Assembly (NCBI GenBank): GCA_902493335.1
Contig: CABUPJ010000002.1
Span: 4,074 to 68,073 of the forward strand
Direction of reading: 5' to 3'
Origin: an uncultured Porphyromonadaceae bacterium
GTDB taxonomy: Bacteria; Bacteroidota; Bacteroidia; Bacteroidales; Muribaculaceae
Length of the DNA stretch: 64,000 bases
Part shown: positions 1-10,600 of the stretch, one piece after another
Numbering within the stretch: the first letter of the stretch is position 1
How the letters are laid out: every line of letters starts with the position of its first letter
Position numbers and translations under genes: made by a program
Notes under the pieces: model-generated
The model's database searches: none
What the model was told of the DNA's origin: nothing
What the model saw: only the letters and a program-made list of their open reading frames with translations

Positions 1-598
1 TCTGAGGTATCTTGTGGTAGCCGTCGGCCGCAGGCGCGAAGCCGAAGCCGTCGGCGCCGATGACGACACCGCTGTGAAGAATACAGCGGCTGCCGATCTT
101 GCAGCCGTCGTAAATCTTGACGCCGGGATAGATGATCGAGCCGTCGCCGACGGTGACATTACGACCGACATAGGCCTGCGGATAAATCTTGACATTATCG
201 CCGATGCGGGCGCCCTCGCCGATATAGGCAAACGCCCCGACATAGACATCACTGCCGACTGTGGCTTTATCGCTTATAAACGACGGCTGCTCGATGCCGG
301 TCAGCACAGGCTGTGTGGCCTGGGCGGCGAGAGTCATGAGCGCCGAAAGCGTCGCGTAAGGGTCGTCGACACGTATGAGCGTGGCGCTGACAGGATGCTC
401 GGCCACAAAATCGCGGCGCACGAGCACGATGCTCGCCTTGGTGTCATATATATGATGGGTATATTTCGGATTTGCAAGAAAGGTAATCGAGCCGGGGCCG
501 GCTTCCTCAATTTTGGCGAATGAGCCGACGCAGACGTTACCGTCTCCCTCGACCGTACCGCCAATCTGCTGTGCTATCAGATCTGCAGAGAAATTCAT
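1..598 (-). CDS. lpxD: UDP-3-O-(3-hydroxyacyl)glucosamine N-acyltransferase, 3'-truncated by the window edge
   Basis: Not in the ORF track. My translation from the ATG at 598 gives [19 protein letters not shown]...ITFLANPKY...DDPY..., then hexapeptide repeats, then [13 protein letters not shown]...YHKIPQ. These are LpxD motifs. Confidence 0.93.
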   Translation of the reverse strand, partial: MNFSADLIAQQIGGTVEGDGNVCVGSFAKIEEAGPGSITFLANPKYTHHIYDTKASIVLVRRDFVAEHPVSATLIRVDDPYATLSALMTLAAQATQPVLTGIEQPSFISDKATVGSDVYVGAFAYIGEGARIGDNVKIYPQAYVGRNVTVGDGSIIYPGVKIYDGCKIGSRCILHSGVVIGADGFGFAPAADGYHKIPQ

Positions 599-678
599 TT
601 TAACAGATTTCGTTCCTTATTTCTATAAACAATATGCAAAGTTGGCAAAAAAAATTCACATAGAGGGCATATACGTGC

Positions 679-716
679 AAAAAACCTGCCTTCCGTGCTG
701 CGGGAGGCAGGTTTTT
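679..716. terminator. Intrinsic terminator downstream of trpB2 (bidirectional-type)
   Basis: AAAAAACCTGCCTTCCG-tgctg-CGGGAGGCAGGTTTTT hairpin with A and T tails. Confidence 0.75.
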
Positions 717-735
717 ATGGGGTTCAGAACTTGTT

Positions 736-2097
736 TCAGAGTTTTTCGAGGTCGTTTGTATTGTCTGTGATTTCGCTGTCGGGCACTTCATAGTTGGCGA
801 GGTCGCCGGCGAAATAGCGGTCATAAGCGGTCATGTCGATGAGTCCGTGGCCCGAGAGATTGAAGAGTATCACCGGTGATGTGCCGCCCTCTTTGGCCTT
901 GCGGGCTTCACGGATGGCTGCCGCGATGGCGTGGGCCGACTCCGGCGCAGGAATTATGCCCTCGCTTTTGGCGAAGAGAGTCGCGGCCTCGAACGATTCG
1001 AGCTGAGGGATGTCGACAGCGCCGATGAGACCGTCGTTCTTGAGCTGGCTGACAACCGAGCCGGCCCCGTGATAGCGCAGACCGCCGGCATGGATGTTGG
1101 CGGGCGAGAAATTGTGACCCAGGCTGAGCATCGGTATCAGTGGCGTGTAGCCGGCCTCGTCGCCGAAGTCATAACTGAAGACGCCGCGAGTCAGCTTGGG
1201 ACACGACGCGGGCTCCGCAGCGATAAACTCGGTCGAGCGCTCGCCCGAGAGGTTATGGCGCAGGAACGGGAAGGCAATGCCCGAGAAGTTGCTGCCGCCG
1301 CCGAAACAGCCGATGACGATGTCTGGATAATCACCGGCCATCTCCATCTGCTTCTCGGCCTCAAGACCGATGACTGTCTGATGGAGAGCCACATGATTGA
1401 GAACCGAACCGAGGGCATACTTGCAGTTGGGTGTCGACATGGCAAGTTCGACGGCCTCGCTGATGGCCGTACCGAGCGAGCCCTGATAGTTGGGGTGTTC
1501 GGTGATAATCTTGCGGCCGGCCTTTGTCGACATGCTCGGCGATGCTATGACCTCGGCGCCGTAGGTCTGCATGATCGAGCGGCGGTAGGGTTTCTGATTA
1601 TAAGAAATCTTGACCATATAGACGGCCAGTTCGAGGCCGAACATGCGGCTCGCCAGCGACAGTGCCGCGCCCCACTGCCCCGCGCCGGTCTCGGTGGTGA
1701 TGTTGGTGACACCCTGTTTCTTGCAGTAGTAGGCCTGCGGGATGGCCGAATTGAGTTTGTGGCTGCCGACAGGACTGACACTTTCGTTCTTGAAATAGAT
1801 TTTTGCCGGGGTATCGAGCATTTTCTCGAGACCGCGGGCGCGTACAAGCGGCGTCGGACGCCATATTTTATAAAGATCGCGCACCTCATCAGGAATCTCG
1901 ATCCACGAATCGGTAAAGTTAAGTTCCTGACGCGACGCTTCTTCTGAGAAGAGCGGATAGAGGTCTTCGACCGTCAGAGGTTTGTGTGTCGCGGGGTTGA
2001 GCATAGGGCGCGGCTTGACCGGCATCGACGGAATGATGTTAAACCATGCCGTCGGTATGTCTTTCTCTGATAAGAGATACTTCTTTGACTGTTCCAT
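736..2097 (-). CDS. trpB2: TrpB-like PLP enzyme (stand-alone tryptophan synthase beta, TrpB2 type)
   Basis: GSHKLN PLP lysine, TETGAGQWG, GGGSN, GGLRYHG and NLSGHG motifs. No trpA nearby. Start placed at MEQSKK. Confidence 0.9.
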   Translation of the reverse strand: MEQSKKYLLSEKDIPTAWFNIIPSMPVKPRPMLNPATHKPLTVEDLYPLFSEEASRQELNFTDSWIEIPDEVRDLYKIWRPTPLVRARGLEKMLDTPAKIYFKNESVSPVGSHKLNSAIPQAYYCKKQGVTNITTETGAGQWGAALSLASRMFGLELAVYMVKISYNQKPYRRSIMQTYGAEVIASPSMSTKAGRKIITEHPNYQGSLGTAISEAVELAMSTPNCKYALGSVLNHVALHQTVIGLEAEKQMEMAGDYPDIVIGCFGGGSNFSGIAFPFLRHNLSGERSTEFIAAEPASCPKLTRGVFSYDFGDEAGYTPLIPMLSLGHNFSPANIHAGGLRYHGAGSVVSQLKNDGLIGAVDIPQLESFEAATLFAKSEGIIPAPESAHAIAAAIREARKAKEGGTSPVILFNLSGHGLIDMTAYDRYFAGDLANYEVPDSEITDNTNDLEKL

Positions 2098-2182
2098 AAC
2101 ATTATATTTAAAACGCAAATGTACACATTTATATGACATATTGCCATCGGTTGGCGATATTTTTTATATTTTTGTCGGCGAT

Positions 2183-3205
2183 ATGAAAACCGGCACGAAA
2201 AAAATCATCCTTGGCTCGGCCGCAGCTCTCATCGTGATTGCCGCCGCCACGGGCCTTTATATCTACAGATATATAAGTCAACCATTTGACGGAGAAAAAG
2301 TAAGAGTCCGCGTTCCCGCCGCGGCAACAGCCGCCGACCTACGCGACAGTCTCGTCACGGCGCTCGGCTCAGGCTATGGCTCGGCTGTCTACCGTCTGTG
2401 GGAGCTTCAGGGCGGCGATGTCTCTGCGTCTCACGGCTCATATGTCGTCGACCCCGGCGCAAGCGTCCTTTCGGTCAGCCGCCGCATTAAAAACGGCCGT
2501 CAGTCGCCCGTCAATGTGACATTCAACAACATCCGCACCCTCGACGCCCTCGCCCGCCGCATCGCCTCACGCATGGAGTTTGACGCCGACGCCTTCATCG
2601 CCGCCTGCGACAGCGTCCTGCCTGCCATGGGTTTCAAAGCGCCGCAATACCCCGCGGCCTTTCTGCCCGACACCTATCAGTTCTACTGGACCGACAGGGC
2701 CGATGATGTCGTCGCCGGGATAGCCGGCGTGCGCAACGATTTCTGGAACGACAGCCGCCGCGCCCGTGCCAGGGCGATGGGACTGACGCCCGTCGAAATA
2801 GCAACTGTGGCGTCAATCGTCGAAGAGGAGACAGCCAAGAGCGACGAACGGCCGCTTGTGGCACGTCTCTATCTAAACCGCCTCGCCAAAGGCATGAAAC
2901 TTCAGGCCGACCCGACAGTCAAGTTCGCTATCGGCGACTTCTCGCTGCGGCGTCTTTACAACAAACACCTCACGGTAGATTCGCCATATAACACCTACCG
3001 CAACACCGGCCTTCCGCCCGGTCCGATACGCATTGTCGAACGCTCGAGTCTCGAAGCCGTACTCGACGCCCCCGCACATGATTTCATCTATATGTGCGCC
3101 AGAGAAGACTTCTCGGGCTATCACAACTTCGCCACCGACTATGCGGGCCATCAGGCCAACGCGCGCCGCTACCGCGCAGCCCTCGACAAAAGGAATATCA
3201 GATAG
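2183..3205 (+). CDS. mltG: Endolytic transglycosylase MltG (YceG family)
   Basis: N-terminal TM helix, ASIVEEET catalytic motif, LQADPT, SPYNTY...GLPPGPI. Confidence 0.92.
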   Translation: MKTGTKKIILGSAAALIVIAAATGLYIYRYISQPFDGEKVRVRVPAAATAADLRDSLVTALGSGYGSAVYRLWELQGGDVSASHGSYVVDPGASVLSVSRRIKNGRQSPVNVTFNNIRTLDALARRIASRMEFDADAFIAACDSVLPAMGFKAPQYPAAFLPDTYQFYWTDRADDVVAGIAGVRNDFWNDSRRARARAMGLTPVEIATVASIVEEETAKSDERPLVARLYLNRLAKGMKLQADPTVKFAIGDFSLRRLYNKHLTVDSPYNTYRNTGLPPGPIRIVERSSLEAVLDAPAHDFIYMCAREDFSGYHNFATDYAGHQANARRYRAALDKRNIR

Positions 3206-3372
3206 CCGAACCGGCTCTTAGACAATTTTAAATCAAAGTATGGAACTATTTTTATTGTTGGACGTTATAGTAAGCAAATGAGCTTATTTTCCCGGTCAAT
3301 AGAGCACCGCCGTGAAGCTACGATCGCTCTTGTCAGCCGGTAGATATTACCAACAATTTAAATTACATACTA

Positions 3373-4797
3373 ATGATTGACCCTAATTATCGTCAAGGCG
3401 ACGTAAAAAGCGATCCCTTCGGACAAGACGCGATGCTCAACCCCGCACCGGTAGAAAAAATTCCTGACGGCCCTACAACACCTCAAGTAGCCTATCAGAT
3501 GGTAAAAGACGAGACTTTTGCCCAGACACAGCCGCGTCTGAATCTTGCCACGTTCGTAACCACTTATATGGACGAGTATGCGACCAAGCTTATGAACGAG
3601 GCCATCAACATCAACTATATTGACGAGACAGAGTATCCCCGTGTGGCCGTTATGTGCCAGAAATGTATCAATATAGTCGCAAATCTCTGGAACACACCCG
3701 AACAGAAGAAATGGAAAACCGGCGCTCTCGCCATCGGCTCGTCCGAGGCCTGTATGCTCGGCGGCATCGCCGCGTGGAAACGCTGGATCGAACGCCGCAA
3801 GAAAGCCGGCAAACCCTACGACAAACCCAACTTCGTCATTTCGGCCGGTTATCAGGTCGTGTGGGAAAAATTCGCCACACTCTGGAACATCGAGATGCGT
3901 CAGGTGCCTCTGTCGACCGAACACCCCACTCTCGACATCGACCAGGCCATCAAGATGTGTGACGAAAACACATTCTGCGTCGTTGCCATACAGGGTGTCA
4001 CCTGGACAGGTCTTAACGACGACGTCGAGGCTCTCGACAAAGCTCTCGACAAATACAACGCCGAGACAGGCAATGAAGTCTGCATCCATATCGACGCAGC
4101 TACCGGCGGCTTCATCCTGCCGTTCATCAATCCTGACAAGAAATGGGACTTCCGCCTGAAATGGGTGCTCTCGATCAGTACATCGGGCCACAAGTTCGGT
4201 CTCGTATATCCGGGTCTCGGATGGGTAGTCTGGAAAGACAAACAGTATCTGCCAGCCGACATGTCGTTCACAGTCGACTACCTCGGCGCTGAAGTAACCC
4301 AGGTGGGTCTGAACTATTCACGTCCGGCCGCACAGATACTCGGCCAGTACTATCAGTTTATCCGCCTCGGATTCGAGGGTTACAAGAATGTCCAGTACAA
4401 CTCGATGCAGATAGCCAAGTATCTCCACTCGCAGATTTCGGCCTTCCCCGAATTCATACCCTATTCGCCCGATGTTCCCAACCCCATCGTGACATGGCTT
4501 ATGAAGCCCGAAGTCCAGAAAGATGCCAAATGGACACTCTATGACCTTCAGGACAAACTGGCTCAGCACGGCTGGATGGTACCGGCCTATGCGATGCCGG
4601 TCAATATCCAGGACATGGTTGTGATGCGTGTGCTCTGCAAACAGGGCTTCAGCCGCGACATGTGCGACGAACTCCTCCACGATATTACCGCAGCCGTGGC
4701 CGAGCTGAATGCTCTCGAATACCCGACGACGACACGTATCGCCATGGAGAAAAACATCCCTCTCGCAAGCAAATCATTCAACCACACCGGCAAATAA
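3373..4797 (+). CDS. gadB: Glutamate decarboxylase
   Basis: NLATFVTT, DETEYP, GSSEA, HIDAA, SGHKFGLVYPG (PLP lysine). Confidence 0.95.
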   Translation: MIDPNYRQGDVKSDPFGQDAMLNPAPVEKIPDGPTTPQVAYQMVKDETFAQTQPRLNLATFVTTYMDEYATKLMNEAININYIDETEYPRVAVMCQKCINIVANLWNTPEQKKWKTGALAIGSSEACMLGGIAAWKRWIERRKKAGKPYDKPNFVISAGYQVVWEKFATLWNIEMRQVPLSTEHPTLDIDQAIKMCDENTFCVVAIQGVTWTGLNDDVEALDKALDKYNAETGNEVCIHIDAATGGFILPFINPDKKWDFRLKWVLSISTSGHKFGLVYPGLGWVVWKDKQYLPADMSFTVDYLGAEVTQVGLNYSRPAAQILGQYYQFIRLGFEGYKNVQYNSMQIAKYLHSQISAFPEFIPYSPDVPNPIVTWLMKPEVQKDAKWTLYDLQDKLAQHGWMVPAYAMPVNIQDMVVMRVLCKQGFSRDMCDELLHDITAAVAELNALEYPTTTRIAMEKNIPLASKSFNHTGK

Positions 4798-4836
4798 CCG
4801 TAAGCCCCGCTTGCGACAGCTAAATCAGACCACAGA

Positions 4837-4900
4837 ACAGCGCGGCAGGTGGAGTATATACAGACATACACACCTGCCGCCTGTCTTTATTTTTATCTTT
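4837..4900 (+). terminator. Intra-operon stem-loop between gadB and glsA
   Basis: GCGGCAGGTG (4842-4851) pairs with CACCTGCCGC (4871-4880) and is followed by a T-rich tract. Confidence 0.55.
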
Positions 4901-4939
4901 CTCAGTCGATTCCATCAACATCCCGCCAACGTTTTAACT

Positions 4940-5908
4940 ATGGAAAGAAAAATAACACTATCAGAGATAAAACAGGCTGCCACAGAAGCCTATAACGAAT
5001 CAAAGAGCGTCACCGGAGGTGCCAATGCCAACTATATACCTTATCTCGCCAACATCGACCCGAAACTGTTCGGTCTGAGCGTCACCCTGACCGACGGCAC
5101 GTCATTCAATTTCGGCGACACGGAGTATAGATTCGGCATCGAGTCTGTGTCGAAAGTGCCGACAGCGATTCTGGCCATGATACAGCACACTCCGGCCGGA
5201 GTGCTCGAACGCATCGGCGCCGACGCCACCGGGCTGCCGTTCAACTCTATTTTCGCCATCCTGCTCGAAAACGACCATCCGTCGACACCTCTCGTCAACG
5301 CGGGCGCCATTTCAGCCTGCTCGATGGTCGCCCCGCAGGGCGCGTCTGCCGAAAAATGGAAGGCCATCACCGACAACATCACCGATCTCTGCGGCTCGGC
5401 GCCCGAGCTCATCGACGAGCTCTATGAGAGCGAGACGGCCACCAACTTCAACAACCGTGCCATATCATGGCTGTTGAAAAACTACGGGCGCATATACGAT
5501 GACGTAGACATGAGCCTCGACCTTTATACGCGACAGTGTTCACTCGGCATAACATCGTCGCAGCTCGCCGTGATGGGCGCCACCATCGCAAACAAAGGCC
5601 TCAACCCGGTCACGGGAAAGCAGGTGTTCGCTGCCGAAATATCCGAAAAGATAACAACCATGATAGCTTCGGTCGGTTTTTATCAGCATACCGGCGACTG
5701 GCTCTATACATCGGGCATCCCTGCCAAAACCGGTGTCGGAGGCGGTGTCATGGGTGTGATGCCAGGACTTTTCGGCATAGCCGCCTTCGCTCCCCCGCTT
5801 GATGACGCCGGCAACTCGGTCAAAGCCCAGACCGCCATAAAACTGTTTATGCACAAACTCGGTCTCGGCATCTACAGCGGCGACAAAGTGACAATCGCCG
5901 AAGGCTGA
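4940..5908 (+). CDS. glsA: Glutaminase A
   Basis: ANYIPYLA, IESVSK (SxxK), PLVNAGAI, PAKTGVGGG, GNSV. Start at MERKIT. Confidence 0.94.
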   Translation: MERKITLSEIKQAATEAYNESKSVTGGANANYIPYLANIDPKLFGLSVTLTDGTSFNFGDTEYRFGIESVSKVPTAILAMIQHTPAGVLERIGADATGLPFNSIFAILLENDHPSTPLVNAGAISACSMVAPQGASAEKWKAITDNITDLCGSAPELIDELYESETATNFNNRAISWLLKNYGRIYDDVDMSLDLYTRQCSLGITSSQLAVMGATIANKGLNPVTGKQVFAAEISEKITTMIASVGFYQHTGDWLYTSGIPAKTGVGGGVMGVMPGLFGIAAFAPPLDDAGNSVKAQTAIKLFMHKLGLGIYSGDKVTIAEG

Positions 5909-5941
5909 TTATATTCATCTTAATCTTAAACACCTACTATT

Positions 5942-7555
5942 ATGTCAAATTCTTCCGGACAAACAAAAGCGACTGTCAAGCAAGCCGCAAAAATGGGAGT
6001 GTTCACCCTTGTCATAATGAACATTGTCGCGGTTGTCTCACTGAGGGGACTTCCGGCTGAAGCCGAATATGGAGTAAGTTCGGCGTTCTATTACATTCTT
6101 GCCGCACTGGTCTTTCTTGTTCCGGTGTCGCTGGTGGCCGCCGAGCTTGCAGCGATGTTCCCCTATCAGCAGGGCGGTATGTTCAGATGGATCGGAGAAG
6201 CCTTCGGCGACAAGGCCGGATTTCTCGGAATCTGGCTGCAGTGGATCGAGAGTACGATATGGTATCCTACCGTACTGACATTCGGCGCCGTTTCACTGGC
6301 GTTCATAGGTCTCGACCATGTCTATGACACCCATCTCGCCGCTAATAAATATTATACGATAATCGTAGTCCTTGCAATCTACTGGCTTGCGACTTTCATA
6401 TCGCTGAAAGGCATGGGCTGGGTCGGCAAGGTATCTAAAATCGGCGGTCTTGTGGGCACGATCATCCCTGTAGGTCTAATTGTGGTCTGTGCCGTGGTAT
6501 ATCTTGCCACCGGCGGCCAGTCGCAGATGGACTGGCACGGCAGTTTCATCCCCGACTTCTCTAATTTCAACAACATCGTCCTGGCTGTCTCTATTTTCCT
6601 GTTCTACGCAGGCATGGAGATGAGCGGTGTGCATGTAAGGGAAATCAAGAATCCGACGGTCAATTATCCTAAAGCCGTTATCATCGGCGCGCTCGCCACT
6701 GTGGCCATCTTCATTCTCGGCACTTATGCCCTCGGCGTCATAATTCCCGCCAAAGACATCAACCTCGTACAGAGTCTTCTTGTCGGTTTTGACCGCTATT
6801 TCAGCATTCTCCATATCAACTGGCTGTCACCTGTAATAGCCGTGGCTCTGGCATTCGGCGTACTCGCCGGAGTGCTTACGTGGGTCGCCGGTCCGTCGAA
6901 AGGTGTGTTTGCCGTAGGCCAGGCCGGTTATCTGCCCAAATTCTTCCAGAAAACCAACAAGAACGGCGTACAGAAAAATATCCTTTACGTACAGGGCGGC
7001 ATCGTGACCGTGCTCGCATTCCTTATGGTCCTCATGCCTTCTGTTCAGAGTTTCTATCAGATACTTTCACAGCTCACATGTATCCTCTATCTCATAGCCT
7101 ACCTGCTTATGTTCGCTTCAGCCATACGCCTGCGCTATAATATGAAAAACGCCCCGCGTCCCTATCGACTGGGCAAGACCGGCAACGGCGTCATGTGGCT
7201 CATCTCGGGCGTCGGTTTCTTAGGCTCGCTTGTAGCTTTCATTTTCAGCTTCTTCCCGCCGAGTCAGATGGATATGGGCTCGCACACTGTATGGTTTACC
7301 GTCCTTATAAGCGGCACACTGCTGTTTGTCGTTCTGCCCTTTGTGATTTTGAAATTCAAGAAAGCGTCGTGGGACTCACTCGGCACGGAGTTTGTACCGT
7401 TCCACTGGGATAACTCGCAGGGCGCAGCCGCAATACGTCAGAAAGCCGCCGAAGAATTCGTTGCCGAGAATCCTGATCTGCCTTCAGCACAGACCAAGGC
7501 AATAATCGACTATACCACGTCTATAGACAAGGTTGCCGACAGCGATAAAAAGTAA
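5942..7555 (+). CDS. gadC: Glutamate/glutamine:GABA antiporter (APC family)
   Basis: About 12 hydrophobic segments, AVVSLRGLP and AAELA motifs, same operon as gadB and glsA. Confidence 0.9.
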   Translation: MSNSSGQTKATVKQAAKMGVFTLVIMNIVAVVSLRGLPAEAEYGVSSAFYYILAALVFLVPVSLVAAELAAMFPYQQGGMFRWIGEAFGDKAGFLGIWLQWIESTIWYPTVLTFGAVSLAFIGLDHVYDTHLAANKYYTIIVVLAIYWLATFISLKGMGWVGKVSKIGGLVGTIIPVGLIVVCAVVYLATGGQSQMDWHGSFIPDFSNFNNIVLAVSIFLFYAGMEMSGVHVREIKNPTVNYPKAVIIGALATVAIFILGTYALGVIIPAKDINLVQSLLVGFDRYFSILHINWLSPVIAVALAFGVLAGVLTWVAGPSKGVFAVGQAGYLPKFFQKTNKNGVQKNILYVQGGIVTVLAFLMVLMPSVQSFYQILSQLTCILYLIAYLLMFASAIRLRYNMKNAPRPYRLGKTGNGVMWLISGVGFLGSLVAFIFSFFPPSQMDMGSHTVWFTVLISGTLLFVVLPFVILKFKKASWDSLGTEFVPFHWDNSQGAAAIRQKAAEEFVAENPDLPSAQTKAIIDYTTSIDKVADSDKK

Positions 7556-7589
7556 GCGACTGTCTCTAATCATCCCCGGTAAAATTAAA

Positions 7590-7625
7590 ACACCCCCGGA
7601 GGCCATTGAAAACCTCCGGGGGTGT
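7590..7625. terminator. Terminator between convergent gadC and A2M genes
   Basis: Perfect 13-bp inverted repeat ACACCCCCGGAGG / CCTCCGGGGGTGT. Confidence 0.8.
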
Positions 7626-7648
7626 CGTTTATGAGCTGTAAGCGCCTA

Positions 7649-10600
7649 TCACCGGCAGATGAGGCTGCGGCCGGAGCTGTGGGCCGTTATGGACGGGTCG
7701 AGACTGCTCTGAGCCGTTGCTATACCAGAAGTAAACTCACCGGCAAAGCCGACGGTCATCTCTGTAGTAATCTGATAAGTACCTTTGGGCATATAGCCGA
7801 CAAAAAGACGTGTGTCGGTATCGTTGTTTTCGCGATAGAAGCCGAGACCGGCGCTGTAGACATATCCCGGCAGCTGACTGACAGGCTCGAACGACGCCGG
7901 ACGCTCGTCAATAACAGTGACATACTCGAGGTCGCGGTCGGCCTTGATAGTCAGAAGCACTCTGACACGGTCGCCGAGGCGCAGGCTGTCGGCATACTCC
8001 CAGCGGTCGCCGCGCTGTACGGTCAGACGCTTTTCTATCGACAGACCGTCGCATTTGACAGCCTTGACGTCGGCCGAAGCGCTGACATAGCGCGAGATGA
8101 CGGCTCCGTAGGCTGGTCCGGCGGCGTTGTCACGCACAACGGCGAGCTTCTTGCCCGAGGCGTCTGTGGGCAACTGCGCAATCAGATGACCTGTGACAGG
8201 CTCGACCGAACCGACGCTGACGGCTTCACCGCCGAGTGTCACCGTCGGAGCGGCGCCGCTGACATTCCAGTCGCTGCCCGTCATCTCGAAGGCAGCTATC
8301 AGACGCGTCGGGTCAAACGAGCCGAGACGCGATGTGGCCTGACCGCGCACAACGAGCCACTGACGCATGCCGTCGATGGCCGACGACTGCGGCTCGATGC
8401 GGGCGAAAGCAAAGAGCAGGTCGGCATAGCTGTCGACATTGGTGACCGAGGGGAACGACGTGCCCTTATCTTTCGAGCTGACGCCGAACTGCGCGACAGA
8501 CTCCATCAGCTGACGCGCCATAGCCTTGTAGCCGAAAGCGTCGAGCACGATGGCGGCACGGGCTTTCTCGGCTGTGCCGAATTTGCGGTATTCCTTATTA
8601 ATATATGCAGTCGTCGCGTTGACAATCTGACGTTCTTTGAGACTCAGCTCATGGTCGGGGAACATCGCAAGGATTGCCGACAGGCCGAGGTCGGGATAAA
8701 TCTTCGCAGACTTCACGTCGAGGAAGGCGAAGGCCGACTCAATCATCGCTCTGAGCTCTTTATCAGCCGGCATCATGCCGATGGCATTAAGCTGGCCGAG
8801 CGAGTAGAGGGTCGAGCGGGTCGACCATGCATTGCCCTTGCTCTCCCACTCGCCCCAGCGCCAGCCGCCGTCGGCAGCCTTGAGTGTCTTGAGTTTATTG
8901 ATTGAAGCGGCCATATTGCGCGCAACGGCCTTGCTGTCGAGCAGCGCGACGAGACGGGCCATGCGTTCGCTGTCGCTTTGAGCGGCCTGAACCCACGGGG
9001 TCTCGGTCAGTGCGGCGGTCTTGAGGTCTTCGTTCTGACTCAGGCGCGAGACGAGAGCCTGCGACGCGCTGTCGGCACTCCATGTCTCGATGGCACGGGC
9101 GAGTGCCGGATATTTCTTAAGCAGGCCCGAGCTGACGGCAGCGCCGAAGAGACGGCGCGCAGCTCCGGTAGATGTATATGACTCGCAGACAGCGAGAGCG
9201 GGCAGCTGTTTGATGACCTCCCAGGCCGGCGAGGCGTTATATTCGAGTGTGACCGATTCCATCTTGCCCTTGGGAAGTCTGACGCTGTAGTCGCTCTCGC
9301 CGGGATTGAGATAGAAATTGTCGCTCTCGATGACGTCAGATGTCGACGGCATCACGGCGATATAATCCTGCTCACCATCGCTGAAACGGCCTGATGTCGA
9401 ACGCACGCGATAGCCTATGGCCGAGGCATTGCCGTCGGCTGCGACCTCGATTGAGACGGAGGTCGAAGCCATCGGGGCGATGGTGTCGGTCGACGTAACG
9501 CTGCGTGTCACTGTCCCGCTGTTGGTATCGAAGACTTCGACTACCGAAGTGACAGTGATGGTCGAATCGCTGTTATTGAAGACATTGGCTATAAGTCGGG
9601 CCTTATCGCCGGCGCGCAGGAAGCGCGGCAGCTGCGGCGTCACCATCACGGGCTTGTTTGATATAATCTCTTTGAACAGCGTTGCCGTGCTGACATCCTT
9701 AGTCCAGGCGAAGGCTCTGAAGCTCCATGTGGCGTTGGCGTCGGGAACAGTAAAACTGATGACAGAATTGCCCTCGGCATCAAAAGTCAGATCAGGCTTC
9801 CAGAAGGCCTGTAGCACCTCACCCTCGCGATACTCGAAGTTATCGGGCCGGTCTGTTTTGTTTACAACAGGTCCGCCATCTTCAGGCATAGCATATCCAC
9901 CACCGACAGGTGTTATTTTTGCTGACATATCGGATGCAGCATAAACCGCATTATCCGCCATTTCGACCTCTTCTTCCACGACCCCGCCTGCTGCAGTCAC
10001 TCTATTGGCCGACTTATACATTCTCATTCTCTGCAGGCCATAATATGTCAGTTGAGGATTAAAAACAGGAGCTATCAGCCTTACTTCCTCAAGATATTTA
10101 TTATATTTATAATATTCAGATGACATCTTACCCATTGAGTATCGGTTTACACTTTGGTAGTTCATACTGAATACACGTTCGGGGAAGTAGAAAAATGGCC
10201 AGAAGTAATTTTTTATCTGATCGATAGCCGAATTATACATCGTAGCGACCATCGCACCTTGCGAGCTAACGCCATCATATTTAAAATTCAAAGTCCAGCT
10301 TTCTTTAGCACCGGGACTCAATTTATCTCTGAAGGACACAATAGATATTTCCGGTGCTTCTGCTCGACCACGTATAACATTGAACTCTTCGGTATAATTA
10401 ACACCGTCACGGACGGTAAATATATATAATCGGCCTTCGTCACAATTATCTTCAAGTTTATAAGACAATCTATGGAAACCATATTCCAATTCCTTCTGCT
10501 CGATATGGCCTATATCATTTCCGCCGTTAAAGACTGAATACATATAAGTTTTACCATGACCGGCAGTGCCAATCAAAACTGTAAATGTTCCATCTTTAGC

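Noticed and set aside
14..523. 169-aa plus-strand ORF
   Set aside because: Antisense shadow of lpxD, which the track missed because it runs off the window
4709..4939. N-terminal extension of glutaminase (similar extensions on mltG, araC, sufT and the second AKR)
   Set aside because: Artefact of longest-ORF calling; homology-type motifs begin at the downstream Met
7622..8905. Long antisense ORFs (also 931-1947, 13727-14740, 33488-34408, 51097-52239, 58709-59560)
   Set aside because: They lie opposite well-supported genes, show no motifs, and are expected from GC-rich codon bias
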